NCBI GenBank assembly: GCA_020536535.1
Contig: JAHLWZ010000865.1
Coordinates: 4,127-68,126 of the forward strand
Origin: Pelomyxa schiedti
Lineage: Eukaryota; Protista; Evosea
Length of the DNA stretch: 64,000 nucleotides
Direction of reading: 5' to 3'
Below, piece by piece: positions 63,744 through 64,000 of this stretch (positions are counted from its first letter, which is position 1; every line of letters begins with the position of its first letter). Both the position numbers and the translations under genes were made by a program. The notes beneath the pieces are model-generated. The model searched no databases, was not told where the DNA came from, and saw nothing but the letters and a program-made list of their open reading frames with translations.

Positions 63744-64000
63744 TGGCTGATTAAAAAAAACACCAGACCGCCGATCCTGAGCGATGATAACGAAAAGGAC
63801 AGCGTTCCGGTCTGTTGATTATTTTATTCAGCCACTTGACTACGAGACACTCGCTTGTCAGGGACGGCCAGCTGAGATCTACCCAGCGTCATAACAGGTG
63901 TGTCGGCGTCCACTGTCCAACAGATCTCTGCCCCCGGTCCGGCGCCACTTGCCGCACCAACTTGATTCGATATCATCGCTCAGGATCGGCGGTCTGGTGT
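63744..64000. repeat. Nested inverted repeats: perfect 30-bp arms (63760-63789 / 63971-64000, open-ended at window edge) and an inner 27-bp imperfect pair (63744-63770 / 63808-63834)
   Basis: acaccagaccgccgatcctgagcgatgata is the exact reverse complement of the last 30 nt; inner pair matches at 23/27 positions. Confidence 0.92.

Overview
Eukaryotic, very gene-dense and intron-rich nuclear DNA. It holds about 22 protein-coding loci broken by many short (mostly about 30-120 nt) GT-AG introns, so the ORF track shows only fragments; I rebuilt gene models by hand from splice junctions and protein motifs. Several features suggest an amoebozoan, possibly an archamoeba such as Pelomyxa: a ZnF-UBP+SIR2 sirtuin, a GlfB-C-like domain, RPS4 with a basic C-terminal tail and an 'HPxCG' C-terminal motif. 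This assignment is inference. Recognisable genes: Cwh43-like EEP protein (3' end), MRH-domain membrane protein, Swc5/BCNT, RPS4, V-ATPase subunit f/RNASEK, condensin CAP-G-like, ZIP transporter, PLP aminotransferase, cyclin, GDP-fucose synthase, ThrRS-N/uridine kinase fusion and ATM/Tel1. The most striking items are unusual fusions: (1) ankyrin - PARP regulatory domain (no catalytic domain) - SAM - intact caspase-like C14 protease; (2) BRCT-WGR-PARP fused to a nucleotidyltransferase-like domain, ankyrin repeats and an FG-rich tail. There are also several apparent pseudoenzymes (sirtuin with His->Tyr, a secreted tandem pyrophosphatase-like protein, an aegerolysin-like + degenerate EEP protein), extremely short intergenic spacers (28-103 bp), and long intergenic hairpins. 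No rRNA, tRNA, CRISPR or transposase was recognised. Coordinates span whole genes including introns; some ends are approximate.
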